Positions 17,106-27,172 of a DNA stretch of 64,000 nucleotides are shown in pieces. Origin of the DNA: Gemmatimonadales bacterium (lineage in GTDB: Bacteria > Gemmatimonadota > Gemmatimonadetes > Gemmatimonadales > GWC2-71-9); NCBI GenBank assembly GCA_035997125.1, contig DASYIX010000115.1:29-64028 (forward strand). The letters run 5' to 3'. How positions within the stretch are numbered: position 1 is the first letter of the stretch; each line of letters opens with the position of its first letter. The notes under the pieces are model-generated. The model did not search any database, had not been told where the DNA came from, and was given only the letters and a program-made list of their open reading frames with translations. The position numbers and the translations under genes were made by a program.

Positions 17106-18257
17106 ATGACCCTCCCGCTCACGTTCAGCACTCCATCTCCTACTGATCACGTCTGGTCCGTCGGCCAGCTCAGCGCATCGGTCAGGCGGCTCATCGAGAG
17201 CCATCCGATGCCGCTCTGGGTGCGCGGTGAAGTGGTGCAGGTGAAGGTATGGTCGAGCGGGCATTGGTACTTCACCCTGCGGGATAAGAAGAGCCAGGTG
17301 AAGTGCTGCATGTGGAAGATGTATGCCGAGCGGGGCGGAAGGCCGCCCGCGGACGGCACCGAAGTCTTCGTGCTTGCCAAGCCCGCTCTCTACGAGGAAA
17401 AGGGCGAGTTCCAGCTCTCCGTCACCCGGATCATCCCCACGTCGGCCATGGGCCGGCAGCAGCAGGAGCTGGAACGGGTGAAAAGCGTCCTGCAAAAGGA
17501 TGGTCTTTTCGATCTCTCGCGCAAACGCCAGGTTCCGAGCTACGCCAGCACCGTCGCGCTGGTCACCAGCCCCGATGGCGCCGCGATCCACGACGTCGTG
17601 ACGGTGACCCGGAAGCGCTGGCCCTGCGCCCGCATCCTGGTAGCGGGAGCCCGGGTGCAGGGAGAGGGTGCCGTCAGTGAGCTGGTCCGGGCGCTCTCCC
17701 TGGTGAACCGCATCCCAGGCCTTGATGTCTGTATCGTGGGCCGCGGCGGTGGTGGACGGGAAGATCTCGCTGCGTTCAACACTGAGGCGGTCTGTCGGGC
17801 CCTGGCCGCGGTCCGGGTGCCCACGATATCGGCCGTGGGACACGAGATCGATATCTCGCTGACCGACCTCGTCGCCGACGTTCGGGCCGCCACTCCGTCG
17901 GCGGCGGCGGAGTTGGCTGTCTCTGACCGGCGTGACGTGCTCCGGCTGGTGGACGACCTCTCGGTGCGGCTCGCCGCCGGACTCTCGGGCCGCACTCGAC
18001 TCGGCCGATCCCGGCTGGCGCGCACTGCCGACCGGCTCCACGCCGGGGTCGAGGCGGTGCTCGATTCCCGACGCAACCTGACCGATCGTCTGGCCGCGCA
18101 ACTCGACGCCCTGAGCCCGCTCAGAGTTCTGGGCCGGGGCTACGCCGTCCCGATGAGCGAGGCCGGGCGGGTGTTGAAGCGCCGGGCCGACTTCGTCCCC
18201 AGTGAGAGCTTCCGTCTGCGGGTGGCCGATGGCGATGTACGGGCCCGCGTGGAGTGA
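17106..18257 (+). CDS. xseA: exodeoxyribonuclease VII large subunit
   Basis: OB-fold N-terminus 'VWVRGEVVQVK...SGHWYFTLRD' and catalytic region 'IVGRGGGGREDL'. Confidence 0.92.
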   Translation: MTLPLTFSTPSPTDHVWSVGQLSASVRRLIESHPMPLWVRGEVVQVKVWSSGHWYFTLRDKKSQVKCCMWKMYAERGGRPPADGTEVFVLAKPALYEEKGEFQLSVTRIIPTSAMGRQQQELERVKSVLQKDGLFDLSRKRQVPSYASTVALVTSPDGAAIHDVVTVTRKRWPCARILVAGARVQGEGAVSELVRALSLVNRIPGLDVCIVGRGGGGREDLAAFNTEAVCRALAAVRVPTISAVGHEIDISLTDLVADVRAATPSAAAELAVSDRRDVLRLVDDLSVRLAAGLSGRTRLGRSRLARTADRLHAGVEAVLDSRRNLTDRLAAQLDALSPLRVLGRGYAVPMSEAGRVLKRRADFVPSESFRLRVADGDVRARVE

Positions 18258-18261
18258 GGTA

Positions 18262-18507
18262 ATGGCTAAGACCGGTACCGGACCATCATTGACCCCTCCC
18301 ATCGGCGACGAGCTAGCCCGGTTGGAGGAGATTGTCCGCAAGCTCGAGGCGGACGATGTGGAGCTCGACGCGGCGCTCGCGCTCTTCGAGGAAGGAGTTG
18401 CCCGGCTGCGCGCTGCTCGAGAGCGCCTGGTGGCCGCCGAGCTCAAAGTGCAGGTTGTCCTGGAAGAGGCCGACGGAGATATCAGGCTGACCGATCTCGA
18501 TGCCTGA
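18262..18507 (+). CDS. xseB: exodeoxyribonuclease VII small subunit
   Basis: 'LARLEEIVRKLEADDVELDAALALFEEGVARLR'. I take the start at the ATG 4 nt after the xseA stop rather than the ORF-track 18202. Confidence 0.88.
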   Translation: MAKTGTGPSLTPPIGDELARLEEIVRKLEADDVELDAALALFEEGVARLRAARERLVAAELKVQVVLEEADGDIRLTDLDA

Positions 18508-19417
18508 GGCCGCCTCCGGAGTGGGGGTTGCCACCGACCTGTTGATCGAGGCCCGAGAGGCTCTCGATATTCTTCTCGGGGATTGGGCCGAGCGGCTCCA
18601 GCGGGAGATCGGTGGGCGGCAAGGACAGGCGCTGGCCTACGCCCTCCGTACACCAGGGAAGAGAGTTCGTGCCGCGTTATTGTTGGCGGCGTACCGATCG
18701 CTGGGCGGACACTCTCCGGGTATTGCCGGGGTCGCGGCCGCGGTCGAGACGGTCCACGCCTATTCGTTGGTGCACGACGATCTGCCGTGCATGGACAACG
18801 ACGACCTCCGCCGGGGTCGCCCGACTACCCACTGCGCTTTCGATGTCCCCACCGCCACGCGGGTCGGTTTTCTTCTGGTGCCGGTGGCGGCCCGCCTTCT
18901 GGCCGTCGCCACCCGCGAGCTAGCTCTGCCCTCCTCGGTCCTGGGACGGATGGCGAGCGAGCTCTTTCAGGCTGGGGGAATCGAGGGGATGGTCGGAGGC
19001 CAGTGGCTGGACCTGGAGGCCGAGGGTCAGGCGCTCAAGTTGCCCGACCTGATCGAGGTGCACCGGGGCAAGACCGGGGCACTGATTCGGGCAGCCTGTA
19101 CTCTCGGGGGCCTGGCCGCCGAGGCCGGAGCGGCGGAGTTGGCAGCGCTTACCGCCTACGGGGAGGACATCGGCCTCGCCTTCCAGATCGCGGACGACGT
19201 CCTGGATGCCACCGGGACCAGCGACGAGTTGGGGAAAACCGCTGGCCGGGATGTCCAACTGGAAAAGTCCACCTACGTGGTCCTGCTGGGGATCGAGGGT
19301 GCCCGGGCGGAGGCGCAGCAACTGGCTCGGAGCGCTGTGGCTCACCTCGACCGCGCGGGCGTTCCATCGGGCACGCTGGGTGGTTTGGCCGGATATATTG
19401 TCAGCAGGACATCATGA
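18500..19417 (+). CDS. ispA: polyprenyl (farnesyl/geranylgeranyl) diphosphate synthase
   Basis: First Asp-rich motif 'LVHDDLPCMDNDDLRRGRPT' and second motif 'FQIADDVLD'. Confidence 0.9.
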   Translation: MPEAASGVGVATDLLIEAREALDILLGDWAERLQREIGGRQGQALAYALRTPGKRVRAALLLAAYRSLGGHSPGIAGVAAAVETVHAYSLVHDDLPCMDNDDLRRGRPTTHCAFDVPTATRVGFLLVPVAARLLAVATRELALPSSVLGRMASELFQAGGIEGMVGGQWLDLEAEGQALKLPDLIEVHRGKTGALIRAACTLGGLAAEAGAAELAALTAYGEDIGLAFQIADDVLDATGTSDELGKTAGRDVQLEKSTYVVLLGIEGARAEAQQLARSAVAHLDRAGVPSGTLGGLAGYIVSRTS

Positions 19418-21312
19418 CGACACTCCTTTCGACCATCCACGGACCCGAGGATCTCAAACGCCTCCGCAGGGATCAGCTTCCCGAGCTGGCCCAGGAGATC
19501 CGCGACCGGCTCATCGAGTGCTGCTCGATCACCGGCGGTCACATCGGCGCCAGTCTGGGTGTGGTCGAGCTGAGCATCGCCCTCCTCTATGAGTTTGACT
19601 CACCTGGGGACAAGATCGTTTGGGACGTCGGCCACCAGGCATACGCCTGGAAGCTGCTCACCGGCCGGAACGACCAGTTCCCCACCTTGCGGCAGGAGGG
19701 CGGAATCTCCGGATTCCTCAAACGAAGCGAGAGTCACCACGATCAGTTCGGGGCCGGCCACGCCGGCACCGCCATGTCGGCCGCGCTCGGGATGGCCACT
19801 GCGCGGGACCTCAAGGGTGAGCAGCACAAGGTCGTGGCGGTCGTCGGCGACGGCGCTCTGACCTGTGGGCTGTCCTACGAAGGCATGAACAACGCGGGCC
19901 ACTCCGAGCGGGACATCGTCCTGATCGTGAACGACAACGGCATGTCGATCTCACCCAACGTCGGGGCGATCAGCAAGACGCTGGGCCGGATCGTTGCCGA
20001 TCCGCGAACTAACCGGCTGCGGGAGCGGATCAAGGGGATGACCTTTGCGTTGCGCGGAGTCTTCGGGGAGGGCGTGGTCGACTTTGCCAAGAACGTGGAG
20101 GAGAGTGTCAAGAACCTCTTCTCCCCCGGCATGCTCTTCGAGGAGCTGGGCTTCCGCTATTTCGGGCCGATCGACGGCCACGATCTTCAGAAGCTCTGTG
20201 ACACCTTGCGATTCGTTCGCGGGATGACTGGCCCCCGGGTACTTCACGTGATGACCCAGAAGGGGAAGGGATTCTCCTTCGCCGAGTCCAACCAGGAGAA
20301 GTGGCACGGTCTGGCCGCCTATGACCCGGTCACCGGTGAAGCGCGCAAGAAATCCAGCGGCCCACCGACCTGGACCCAGGTGTTCGGCGCCGCGCTGACC
20401 GGCCTGGCGGCGGAGCATCCCGAGCTGGTGGCGATCACCGCCGCCATGCCGTCGGGCACCGGGACCAGCGTCTTTCAGGAGAAGTATCCCGAGCGCTTCT
20501 TCGATGTCGGGATCGCCGAAGGCCATGCGGTGACGTTCGCCGGGGGTCTGGCCACCCAGGGCATCCGGCCGGTGTGCGCCATCTACAGCACCTTCCTCCA
20601 GCGGGCATACGACAACGTCATCCACGACGTCGCAGTGCAACATCTTCCGGTGGTGTTCTCGATGGACCGGGCGGGTCTGGTCGGGGAGGACGGGCAGACC
20701 CACATGGGACTCTACGACATCGCGTATATGTTGGCCGTGCCGGGAATGACGGTGACCGCGCCCAAAGACGGCAATGAGCTGGTTGGGCTGCTGCGCACCG
20801 CCCTGACTCACGATGGGCCGTTCAGCACCCGGTATCCCCGAGACAAGGCACCCGCGGAGCTGAGCCCGGTGGCGGAAATCGCTCCCGTCCCCTACGGCAC
20901 CTGGGAGCAGCTCCGGCGAGGGAAAGACGTGGCCATTCTCGCGGTGGGCACCATGGTGTTGCCGGCGGTGGCGGCGGCCGAGCTGGTGGCCGCCGATGGG
21001 ATCGACTGCGCCGTGATAAACTGCCGCTTCCTCAAGCCGATGGATCTGGCGATGCTGGAATCGCTCACCCAGCGGCACCGGATTCTGGTGACGGTGGAAG
21101 AGGGCACCATCGTGAATGGGTTTGGCGCTTATCTGGCCGAGACCCTCCAGACCACCCACCCGGAGGTCCGGGTCGTAGCTCTGGGCGTCCCCGACCGCCT
21201 CATCGAACAGGCTCCCCGGGCTGAGCAACTGGAGAGCTTCGGGCTCACCGCCGCCGGAATCGCCCGGCGCATCGGGGCGCTGCAGCACGAGGAGACTCTC
21301 GAGGCCCGATGA
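19414..21312 (+). CDS. dxs: 1-deoxy-D-xylulose-5-phosphate synthase
   Basis: 'GGHIGASLGVVELSIALLY', 'WDVGHQAYAWKLLTGR', 'VVAVVGDGALTCG'. The start ATG at 19414 (ATGA overlap with ispA) gives 'MTTLLSTIHGPEDLK'. The 909-aa ORF-track start at 18583 is an out-of-frame shadow over ispA. Confidence 0.93.
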   Translation: MTTLLSTIHGPEDLKRLRRDQLPELAQEIRDRLIECCSITGGHIGASLGVVELSIALLYEFDSPGDKIVWDVGHQAYAWKLLTGRNDQFPTLRQEGGISGFLKRSESHHDQFGAGHAGTAMSAALGMATARDLKGEQHKVVAVVGDGALTCGLSYEGMNNAGHSERDIVLIVNDNGMSISPNVGAISKTLGRIVADPRTNRLRERIKGMTFALRGVFGEGVVDFAKNVEESVKNLFSPGMLFEELGFRYFGPIDGHDLQKLCDTLRFVRGMTGPRVLHVMTQKGKGFSFAESNQEKWHGLAAYDPVTGEARKKSSGPPTWTQVFGAALTGLAAEHPELVAITAAMPSGTGTSVFQEKYPERFFDVGIAEGHAVTFAGGLATQGIRPVCAIYSTFLQRAYDNVIHDVAVQHLPVVFSMDRAGLVGEDGQTHMGLYDIAYMLAVPGMTVTAPKDGNELVGLLRTALTHDGPFSTRYPRDKAPAELSPVAEIAPVPYGTWEQLRRGKDVAILAVGTMVLPAVAAAELVAADGIDCAVINCRFLKPMDLAMLESLTQRHRILVTVEEGTIVNGFGAYLAETLQTTHPEVRVVALGVPDRLIEQAPRAEQLESFGLTAAGIARRIGALQHEETLEAR

Positions 21313-22178
21313 AGGTCGGCGTCGTCGGCAACCCGCGGTACGCGGATCTCAAGGGCGTCCTGGAGCATGTGGCCATCGCGGCGCCGGAGCGGGGCATCTC
21401 CCTCTACAGCGAGCCGCGCCTCGAGCCGTTCTGGAATCGGAAGGTTCCCCCCTTCGAGTCGGTCCACCTCGACGCACTCATTACCTTCGGTGGCGACGGG
21501 ACCCTACTGCGGGGAGCCCGGCTTCTGGGCGCCCAGGAAATTCCCATTCTGGGCGTCAATCTGGGCCGGGTGGGCTTCCTCACTACCGCCACTCTGGACA
21601 CGGTGGATCCGGCGCTCGATGCCCTGGTGGCCGGACGGTACCAGATCGAGCGGCGCCAGGCGCTCCGGGCCGGTATTCGCGATGCCGAAGGCGAGACCCG
21701 CTCCACCCAGATGGCGGTGAATGACGTCGCTGTTCACAAGGGCGGCGTCGCCCGCGTCATCCGGGTCAACGTGTACATCCAGGGTGAGAACGTCGGGCCG
21801 TATAGCGCCGACGGCCTCATTGTCGCCACCCCTACGGGCTCCACGGCGTACAGCCTCAGCGCCGGCGGTCCCATCGTCGTGCCCGGAGTCGAAGCCATGG
21901 TGGTGACCCCCATCGCGGCTCACACGCTCGCAGTGCGGCCGCTCGTAGTCCCGGCCACCTATCGCATCGTGATCGAGCCGATCGCCGGGTGGTCCGACGA
22001 TCTCCTGGTGTCCTTTGACGGCCAGACGGGGACCACGCTCGCTCCGGGCGAGTCGGTGGAGGTCTGCCGGGCCGAGCACCGCGTCTGCCTCATCCGTCTG
22101 GGGGACGAAGGGTTCTTCGGCCGCATGCGACAGAAGCTCCACTGGGGCGATCTCTCGGGAAGAGAGTTGAAGGAATGA
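21309..22178 (+). CDS. nadK: NAD+ kinase
   Basis: 'ITFGGDGTLLRGARL', 'GVNLGRVGFL', 'ATPTGSTAYSLSAGGPIV'. Confidence 0.93.
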   Translation: MKVGVVGNPRYADLKGVLEHVAIAAPERGISLYSEPRLEPFWNRKVPPFESVHLDALITFGGDGTLLRGARLLGAQEIPILGVNLGRVGFLTTATLDTVDPALDALVAGRYQIERRQALRAGIRDAEGETRSTQMAVNDVAVHKGGVARVIRVNVYIQGENVGPYSADGLIVATPTGSTAYSLSAGGPIVVPGVEAMVVTPIAAHTLAVRPLVVPATYRIVIEPIAGWSDDLLVSFDGQTGTTLAPGESVEVCRAEHRVCLIRLGDEGFFGRMRQKLHWGDLSGRELKE

Positions 22179-23848
22179 TCGCCGAGCTGCGGGTCCGCGA
22201 CCTCGCCACCATCGCCGACGTCACCCTCCAGCTGGGTTCCGGGCTCAATGTGCTGACCGGGGAAACCGGGGCAGGGAAGTCGATGCTGGTGGACGCGCTT
22301 GCCCTCCTCCTGGGAGAGCGGGCCGCGAGTGGCAGCGTGCGACCCGGCGCTTTGAAGTCGGTGGTCGAGGGGGCCTTCGAGGGAATTGACCCCGCCACCC
22401 GCGGGCGGATCGAGGAGCTCGGCCTCGACGTCGAAGAGGGCAGGGTAGTGATCCGGCGGGAAGTCTCGGTGGAGGGACGCTCCCGCGCCTGGGTCAACGG
22501 CAGCCCGACGACGGCCGCGGTGCTGGCGGAGCTCGGCGCCCTCCTGGTGGATCTCCACGGACAGCACGAAACCCAGTCGCTACTGCACGCGGAGGCTCAG
22601 CGCGACATCCTCGACGCCTTTGCCCACGCTGAGCCTGACCGCGGTGCGGTGGCTGAAGCTTACGCTGCGGTGTCAGCGCTACGAGCAGAGGAGTCGTCCC
22701 TGGCGGCCCGGCGGGACGAGGTGCGCCGGCGGGCGGACTACTTGCGCCACGTGGTGGACGAGATCGACGCCGCGAAGGTCAAGCTGGGCGAAGAGGAGGC
22801 CTTGCAGGTGGAGGCCCGGCGACTGAGCCAGGCCGGCGCGCTGGTCGAACAGGCCCAGCGCATGATTGACGCCCTCGAAGGCGACGCGGGAAACGCCCTC
22901 GGCGCGCTCGGCGTTGCCAACCGCGCACTCGCCACGCTCGAGAAGGGCGACCCCGCTACCGGAGAATGGCGGGAGATGCTCGACTCGGCCTACGCTAATC
23001 TCTCCGAGCTGACGCGTCTGGCCACCGAGTATGCGGCAGCGGTGCAGGAAGACCCCGGCCGGCTGGCGGAAGTGGAGCGCCGGCGCGATCTGCTCTTCCG
23101 TCTGAGCGGTAAATACGGCGCCTCCCTGGAAGCGGTGCTGGCCACGCGGGACGAGGCGGCGGCCGAGCTCGACCTGCTGGACACTGCGGACACCGACCTG
23201 CGCGGCCTGGCTGCCCGACGCTCGGCGGCCGAGGCTGGCCTCGCGGCCGCCGCCGCTGCACTCGGAGCCAAGCGGCGCGAGGCCGCAGATCGGCTCGCCC
23301 GCGGAGTCAACCGGTTGCTGCCCCGGCTCGGTCTGCCCGGCGGGAAACTGTCAGCGGTGCTGTTGCCTCTCGCCGAGCCGGGCGCCCACGGACAGGAAAG
23401 TGCGCAGCTCAACGTGCAGCTCAACCAGGGCCTCGAGGCCAAGCCTCTGGCCAAGGTGGCTTCCGGCGGTGAGCTCTCCCGGCTGATGCTGGCGCTGAAG
23501 GTCGTTCTGGTCAAGCACGACGCCATCGCTACCCTGGTGTTCGATGAAGTAGACCAGGGAATCGGAGGAGAGGTGGGCGTGCAGGTCGGCTCGGCGCTGG
23601 CTGAGGTGGCGGAACGGCATCAGGTCCTGGTGATCACCCACCTGCCGCAGATCGCCGCGCGGGCGGACAGTCATCTGGTGGTGTCGAAGGAAGCCAAGCG
23701 GGGGATCGCTACCAGCGACGTGCAGGTGCTCCATGGGGAGGACCGGATCAACGAGATCGCGCGGATGCTGGGTGACAGCGAGGGAGACGCGGCGAGGCGG
23801 CACGCGCAGGCGATGTTACGGACCGCCGCGCCGGTGAAGCAGCGGTGA
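22175..23848 (+). CDS. recN: DNA repair protein RecN
   Basis: Walker A 'LTGETGAGKS', a long coiled coil, signature 'ASGGELSRLMLALK' and Walker B 'LVFDEVDQGIGG'. Confidence 0.95.
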   Translation: MIAELRVRDLATIADVTLQLGSGLNVLTGETGAGKSMLVDALALLLGERAASGSVRPGALKSVVEGAFEGIDPATRGRIEELGLDVEEGRVVIRREVSVEGRSRAWVNGSPTTAAVLAELGALLVDLHGQHETQSLLHAEAQRDILDAFAHAEPDRGAVAEAYAAVSALRAEESSLAARRDEVRRRADYLRHVVDEIDAAKVKLGEEEALQVEARRLSQAGALVEQAQRMIDALEGDAGNALGALGVANRALATLEKGDPATGEWREMLDSAYANLSELTRLATEYAAAVQEDPGRLAEVERRRDLLFRLSGKYGASLEAVLATRDEAAAELDLLDTADTDLRGLAARRSAAEAGLAAAAAALGAKRREAADRLARGVNRLLPRLGLPGGKLSAVLLPLAEPGAHGQESAQLNVQLNQGLEAKPLAKVASGGELSRLMLALKVVLVKHDAIATLVFDEVDQGIGGEVGVQVGSALAEVAERHQVLVITHLPQIAARADSHLVVSKEAKRGIATSDVQVLHGEDRINEIARMLGDSEGDAARRHAQAMLRTAAPVKQR

Positions 23849-23869
23849 GCTCACTGGTTTGAGACGAGG

Positions 23870-25396
23870 TTACCACACCCCGAAGTAGACCCGGAGCTGC
23901 CCCGACACTCGATGAGTGTCAGGCACCCGGCCCCCTCCCGCCCGCAAGATTCGGTCGTAGCTCCAGCGCGCGTCCACCGGCCAGCCGGTTCCTCCGGGTG
24001 TGCGTGCGCCGGGGTTCGAGTAGGTGATGCCGACCGAGAGCATGGTCGCGTTCGCCTCCGATTCTTCCGCCATGATGTTCGGATCGATGTTCAGCAGGGA
24101 ATCGGCGGGTGAGGGATACGAGTAGTGATCGGTGCTGCGTACCCAGTGCTCCACCCCGGCCTGCAGTGCGATGGTACGAGCCAGTCGGTAGAACGGGTGG
24201 ACACCAATGGACACGATGTCGCCCGGGTCCCACCGGACCAGCGTGAGGCGGTCGGGCCCCACGAACGGTTGGCTCGGACGGGTCACCCGGGCGAGGATGT
24301 TGCCGGGCAATTGCCGGACGTAGGTGCCGCTCAAGCGAGCGCCGAGGCGGCCCCCTCCGATATCGACGACCCCGTCAAACTGAAGATCGGTCTGCCCGTC
24401 TCCCGTGCCAATGGCGAGCGGTCGGTCGGGGCTGGCACGCTGACCGGTTGGGAAGCGAACCAGACCGGACACTGCGGCCCGAAACCCGCCGCGCTGGCGG
24501 CCCCGATCCCACGTGTCGATGAGAGTCAGCGCGGCACCCGCCTCCGCATCCCCCCTGAACGTGATCTTGGCCTCGTCCAGACGGAGGGCGATAGGACCGC
24601 CCGGTGCGGTCAGATACTGATCCAGCTCGGCCTCGGTCAGTGGCGCCGATGGCAGTGCCGGCGTGAGGGTGAAGCCGGGTACGTTGAGACTGGAAAAGGT
24701 GGTTTGCAGCGCGGCGATTCGTGTGTCCACCGCCGTCCCCGCGGGGCTGGAGGCGGTGGGAACGACGTCGGAAGCGGTGGTCGGGTCGGCGAGGAGGCCA
24801 AAGAGATCGGTCCTGACCGCGGTGGCATCGGCGAGAGTGGCCTGGGCCAGGGCCTTCTGGCTGGGATTGCTGTCGTAGTCGCCGGCAGCCAACTTGTTGC
24901 TCAGCGTCGTGAGGGCTGCGTCAAACTGACCGAAGAATGCGTTCTGACTGATTCCGCCGGGGTTGGGGCCGCCATCGGCCGCGGCAGAAGACAAGCGCCT
25001 GACGGATTGCACCCGGGTGCGCACCAGCGGAATCCGGCCGAAGACCGTGATCGGTCCGGTCAGTCCTAGACTAAGGCCCAGAAAACCGGTGCCGACGTCG
25101 GCGAAGGCATCGGTGGTCAGCGCCCCTAGATTGATGTGGTAGCCAGTATTGCCGATGATCCGGCCGACCCGGGCGTCGACGTCGGCCAGGAGCGGGATTC
25201 GATCGCTGCCCAGCGCGGGGCTGGAAAGATCGGCGCCGTAGCCCTCGCGGTGTCCTTCCCGGAATCGCTGGTCGAACGTCTCCAGCGCGCCGTCGAGCTC
25301 CACGCGAAGCACTCCGCCAGGCACACCGACGGGAGGGAGTTGCGCCCGGACCTGCAATGGAACAACCAGACAGGCAATTATTACGAGGCGCCGCAC
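23870..25396 (-). CDS. outer-membrane beta-barrel protein, function unknown
   Basis: Signal peptide 'RRLVIIACLVVPLQVRAQ' from the GTG at 25396, alternating beta-strand pattern and an aromatic C-terminus '...LRVYFGVW'. The ORF-track start at 25549 would overlap galK by more than 120 nt. Confidence 0.6.
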   Translation of the reverse strand: MRRLVIIACLVVPLQVRAQLPPVGVPGGVLRVELDGALETFDQRFREGHREGYGADLSSPALGSDRIPLLADVDARVGRIIGNTGYHINLGALTTDAFADVGTGFLGLSLGLTGPITVFGRIPLVRTRVQSVRRLSSAAADGGPNPGGISQNAFFGQFDAALTTLSNKLAAGDYDSNPSQKALAQATLADATAVRTDLFGLLADPTTASDVVPTASSPAGTAVDTRIAALQTTFSSLNVPGFTLTPALPSAPLTEAELDQYLTAPGGPIALRLDEAKITFRGDAEAGAALTLIDTWDRGRQRGGFRAAVSGLVRFPTGQRASPDRPLAIGTGDGQTDLQFDGVVDIGGGRLGARLSGTYVRQLPGNILARVTRPSQPFVGPDRLTLVRWDPGDIVSIGVHPFYRLARTIALQAGVEHWVRSTDHYSYPSPADSLLNIDPNIMAEESEANATMLSVGITYSNPGARTPGGTGWPVDARWSYDRILRAGGGRVPDTHRVSGQLRVYFGVW

Positions 25397-25423
25397 GCAA
25401 TGCCCCAAAGTCCCTCCCGAGAG

Positions 25424-26587
25424 ATGCCATCCCGCGTCAACCCTCTGTCCGCAGCAAGGCTGGCAAGTTCGCTGTTTAGGGCGAGCTTTGCCACCCGTCC
25501 CACAGTGGCCGCATCGGCGCCGGGGCGGGTCAATTTGATCGGGGAGCATACCGATTACAACGGCGGCCCGGTGTTACCGGTGGCCATTGAGCGGCGCACG
25601 GCGGCAGTAGCGAGACTGGCCGATGGATGGGCGCTGGTTTCGGATACCCAGCCTGGGGTTCGCCAGCTAGAAGTTGAAGCGCCGATGCGGCGGGAGTGGA
25701 GCGATTACATCGTGGGAGTGGTGCGCGAGCTGCGTGCGCTCAAGGCGGCGCCACCCGGGGCCGAGATCGCAATAGCCACAACGCTGCCGATCGGAGCGGG
25801 CCTGTCGTCATCGGCTGCGCTCACCGTGAGTACTGCCAAAGCGCTGAGCCTGCTTGCAGGAAAACGGCTCTCCCCCGGTCAGTTGGCCGAGGTGGCGTTT
25901 CGCGCCGAATATCACCAGGTAGGCGTGCGCTGCGGCCGGATGGATCAGACCATCGCGGCGCATGGCCAACGGGGCTCGGCGCTCCTGTTCGAGACCGCCA
26001 CCGGCAGCTTGCTGCGGGTGCCCTTCCCGAGCCGGCTCTGGATAGTGGAGACCGGATTGTCCCACCGGCTTACTGGCGGCTCCCTCAATCAGCGGCGCCG
26101 CGAGTGCGAGGAAGCGTTGGCATTCTGCCGGGACTGGCGCCCCGGCCTCAGCTATCTGGCCCAGCTCACGCTGGGAGATCTGCCCGAGGTGGAACGTCGC
26201 CTTCCGCCTCCGCTGGTGCCGCGGGCTCGCCACGTCATCACTGAGACGGCCCGCACCCGGGATGCCGCCGCGGCACTCGCTGCCGGCGACCTGGAACGGC
26301 TGGGCCGACTGCTGGTGGAAGGCCATGAGTCGCTCCGCCGCGACTATGAATCCACCGTCGCCGAAGCGGACCTGATCGTCGAGTCGGCAGTGAAGCATGG
26401 GGCCTACGGTGCGAGGCTCACCGGCGCGGGCTGGGGTGGGGCGGTCGTGGTGCTGGCACCGGCCAAGCGGGAGGCCCGCGTCGTGGCGGAGATCGCGGGC
26501 GACTTCGAGCGAGGTTTCGGTCGTTCACCGGCAACGTGGAGCACCCGGGCTTCGGCCGGCGCGCGGCGGGAGGCGATCACGCCGTGA
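25424..26587 (+). CDS. galK: galactokinase (GHMP kinase)
   Basis: Galactokinase signature 'APGRVNLIGEHTDYNGGPVLP' and GHMP motif 'PIGAGLSSSAAL'. The start is the ATG at 25424 or 25400. The ORF-track 25136 start is a shadow over the divergent gene. Confidence 0.88.
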   Translation: MPSRVNPLSAARLASSLFRASFATRPTVAASAPGRVNLIGEHTDYNGGPVLPVAIERRTAAVARLADGWALVSDTQPGVRQLEVEAPMRREWSDYIVGVVRELRALKAAPPGAEIAIATTLPIGAGLSSSAALTVSTAKALSLLAGKRLSPGQLAEVAFRAEYHQVGVRCGRMDQTIAAHGQRGSALLFETATGSLLRVPFPSRLWIVETGLSHRLTGGSLNQRRRECEEALAFCRDWRPGLSYLAQLTLGDLPEVERRLPPPLVPRARHVITETARTRDAAAALAAGDLERLGRLLVEGHESLRRDYESTVAEADLIVESAVKHGAYGARLTGAGWGGAVVVLAPAKREARVVAEIAGDFERGFGRSPATWSTRASAGARREAITP

Positions 26588-26609
26588 GACGGTATATTTC
26601 GTCACCCTG

Positions 26610-26693
26610 GCCCGGGTGGCGGAATCGGTAGACGCAAGGGACTTAAAATCCCTTGAGGGTAACCTCGTGCGAGTTCGAGTCTCGCCCCGGGCA
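26610..26693 (+). tRNA. tRNA-Leu (anticodon UAA)
   Basis: I folded it by hand. Acceptor GCCCGGG/CCCGGGC plus discriminator A; anticodon stem AGGGA/UCCCU with loop CUUAAAA; a long class-II variable arm; T arm GCGAG-UUCGAGU-CUCGC. Confidence 0.92.
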
Positions 26694-26723
26694 TTGACCT
26701 GCGACCTCAGCTCCGCCACGCAG

Positions 26724-27080
26724 CTACTGCGGCGGCACCGACCAGCTAATCTCGTCTCCCTGTTTTACCGGAAACTGCTCGCTCACCGCAGGCTCGCCGG
26801 ACCCTAGCGCAGGTCGGGCCTCGAACTGGATCCCGGCGCTGCCGGCGGTCAGCCCAGCGGGGAGCGCGAAGGTGGCGCTCTGATTGGCCGGCACGAAGCC
26901 CAGCCGGCTGACCCGCCCGTCGGTCCGGCGCACATAGATATCCATGTCCACCGAATTCTGATTCTCGATGCGGGCCCGGGTCTGGTCGGCGGGCACCGTG
27001 TCGCCCGGGGCCCCGGTGTGGCAGGCGGTTGCGAGAAGCAAGAAAAGGGCGGAGATTCGAAGCGAGGTCGACATAGCCAT
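26724..27080 (-). CDS. small lipoprotein, hypothetical
   Basis: Signal sequence plus lipobox 'LFLLLATAC'. 118 aa. Confidence 0.6.
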   Translation of the reverse strand: MAMSTSLRISALFLLLATACHTGAPGDTVPADQTRARIENQNSVDMDIYVRRTDGRVSRLGFVPANQSATFALPAGLTAGSAGIQFEARPALGSGEPAVSEQFPVKQGDEISWSVPPQ

Positions 27081-27101
27081 TCACCCCCAGCGCTGAAGGT
27101 A

Positions 27102-27172
27102 GGGCCTCATTTGCGACACCTGCCAGGCGCAGCGTGTCGCATTATCGCTTTATCGGGGCTCATTTGCGTCAC
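27102..27172. promoter_or_regulatory. repeated operator-like motif in a divergent promoter region
   Basis: GGGCCTCATTTGCGACAC (27102-27119) and GGGGCTCATTTGCGTCAC (27155-27172) share 16 of 18 positions. An inverted copy GTGTCGCAT (27134-27142) forms an 8-bp inverted repeat with the first. The motifs lie between two divergent lipoprotein genes. Confidence 0.45.

Noticed and set aside
18583-19413. A 277-codon N-terminal extension that makes dxs a 909-aa ORF.
   Set aside because: The extension is an out-of-frame overlap of the ispA coding region. The Dxs-like sequence begins at 'MTTLLSTIHGPEDLK' (ATG 19414, ATGA overlap with ispA).
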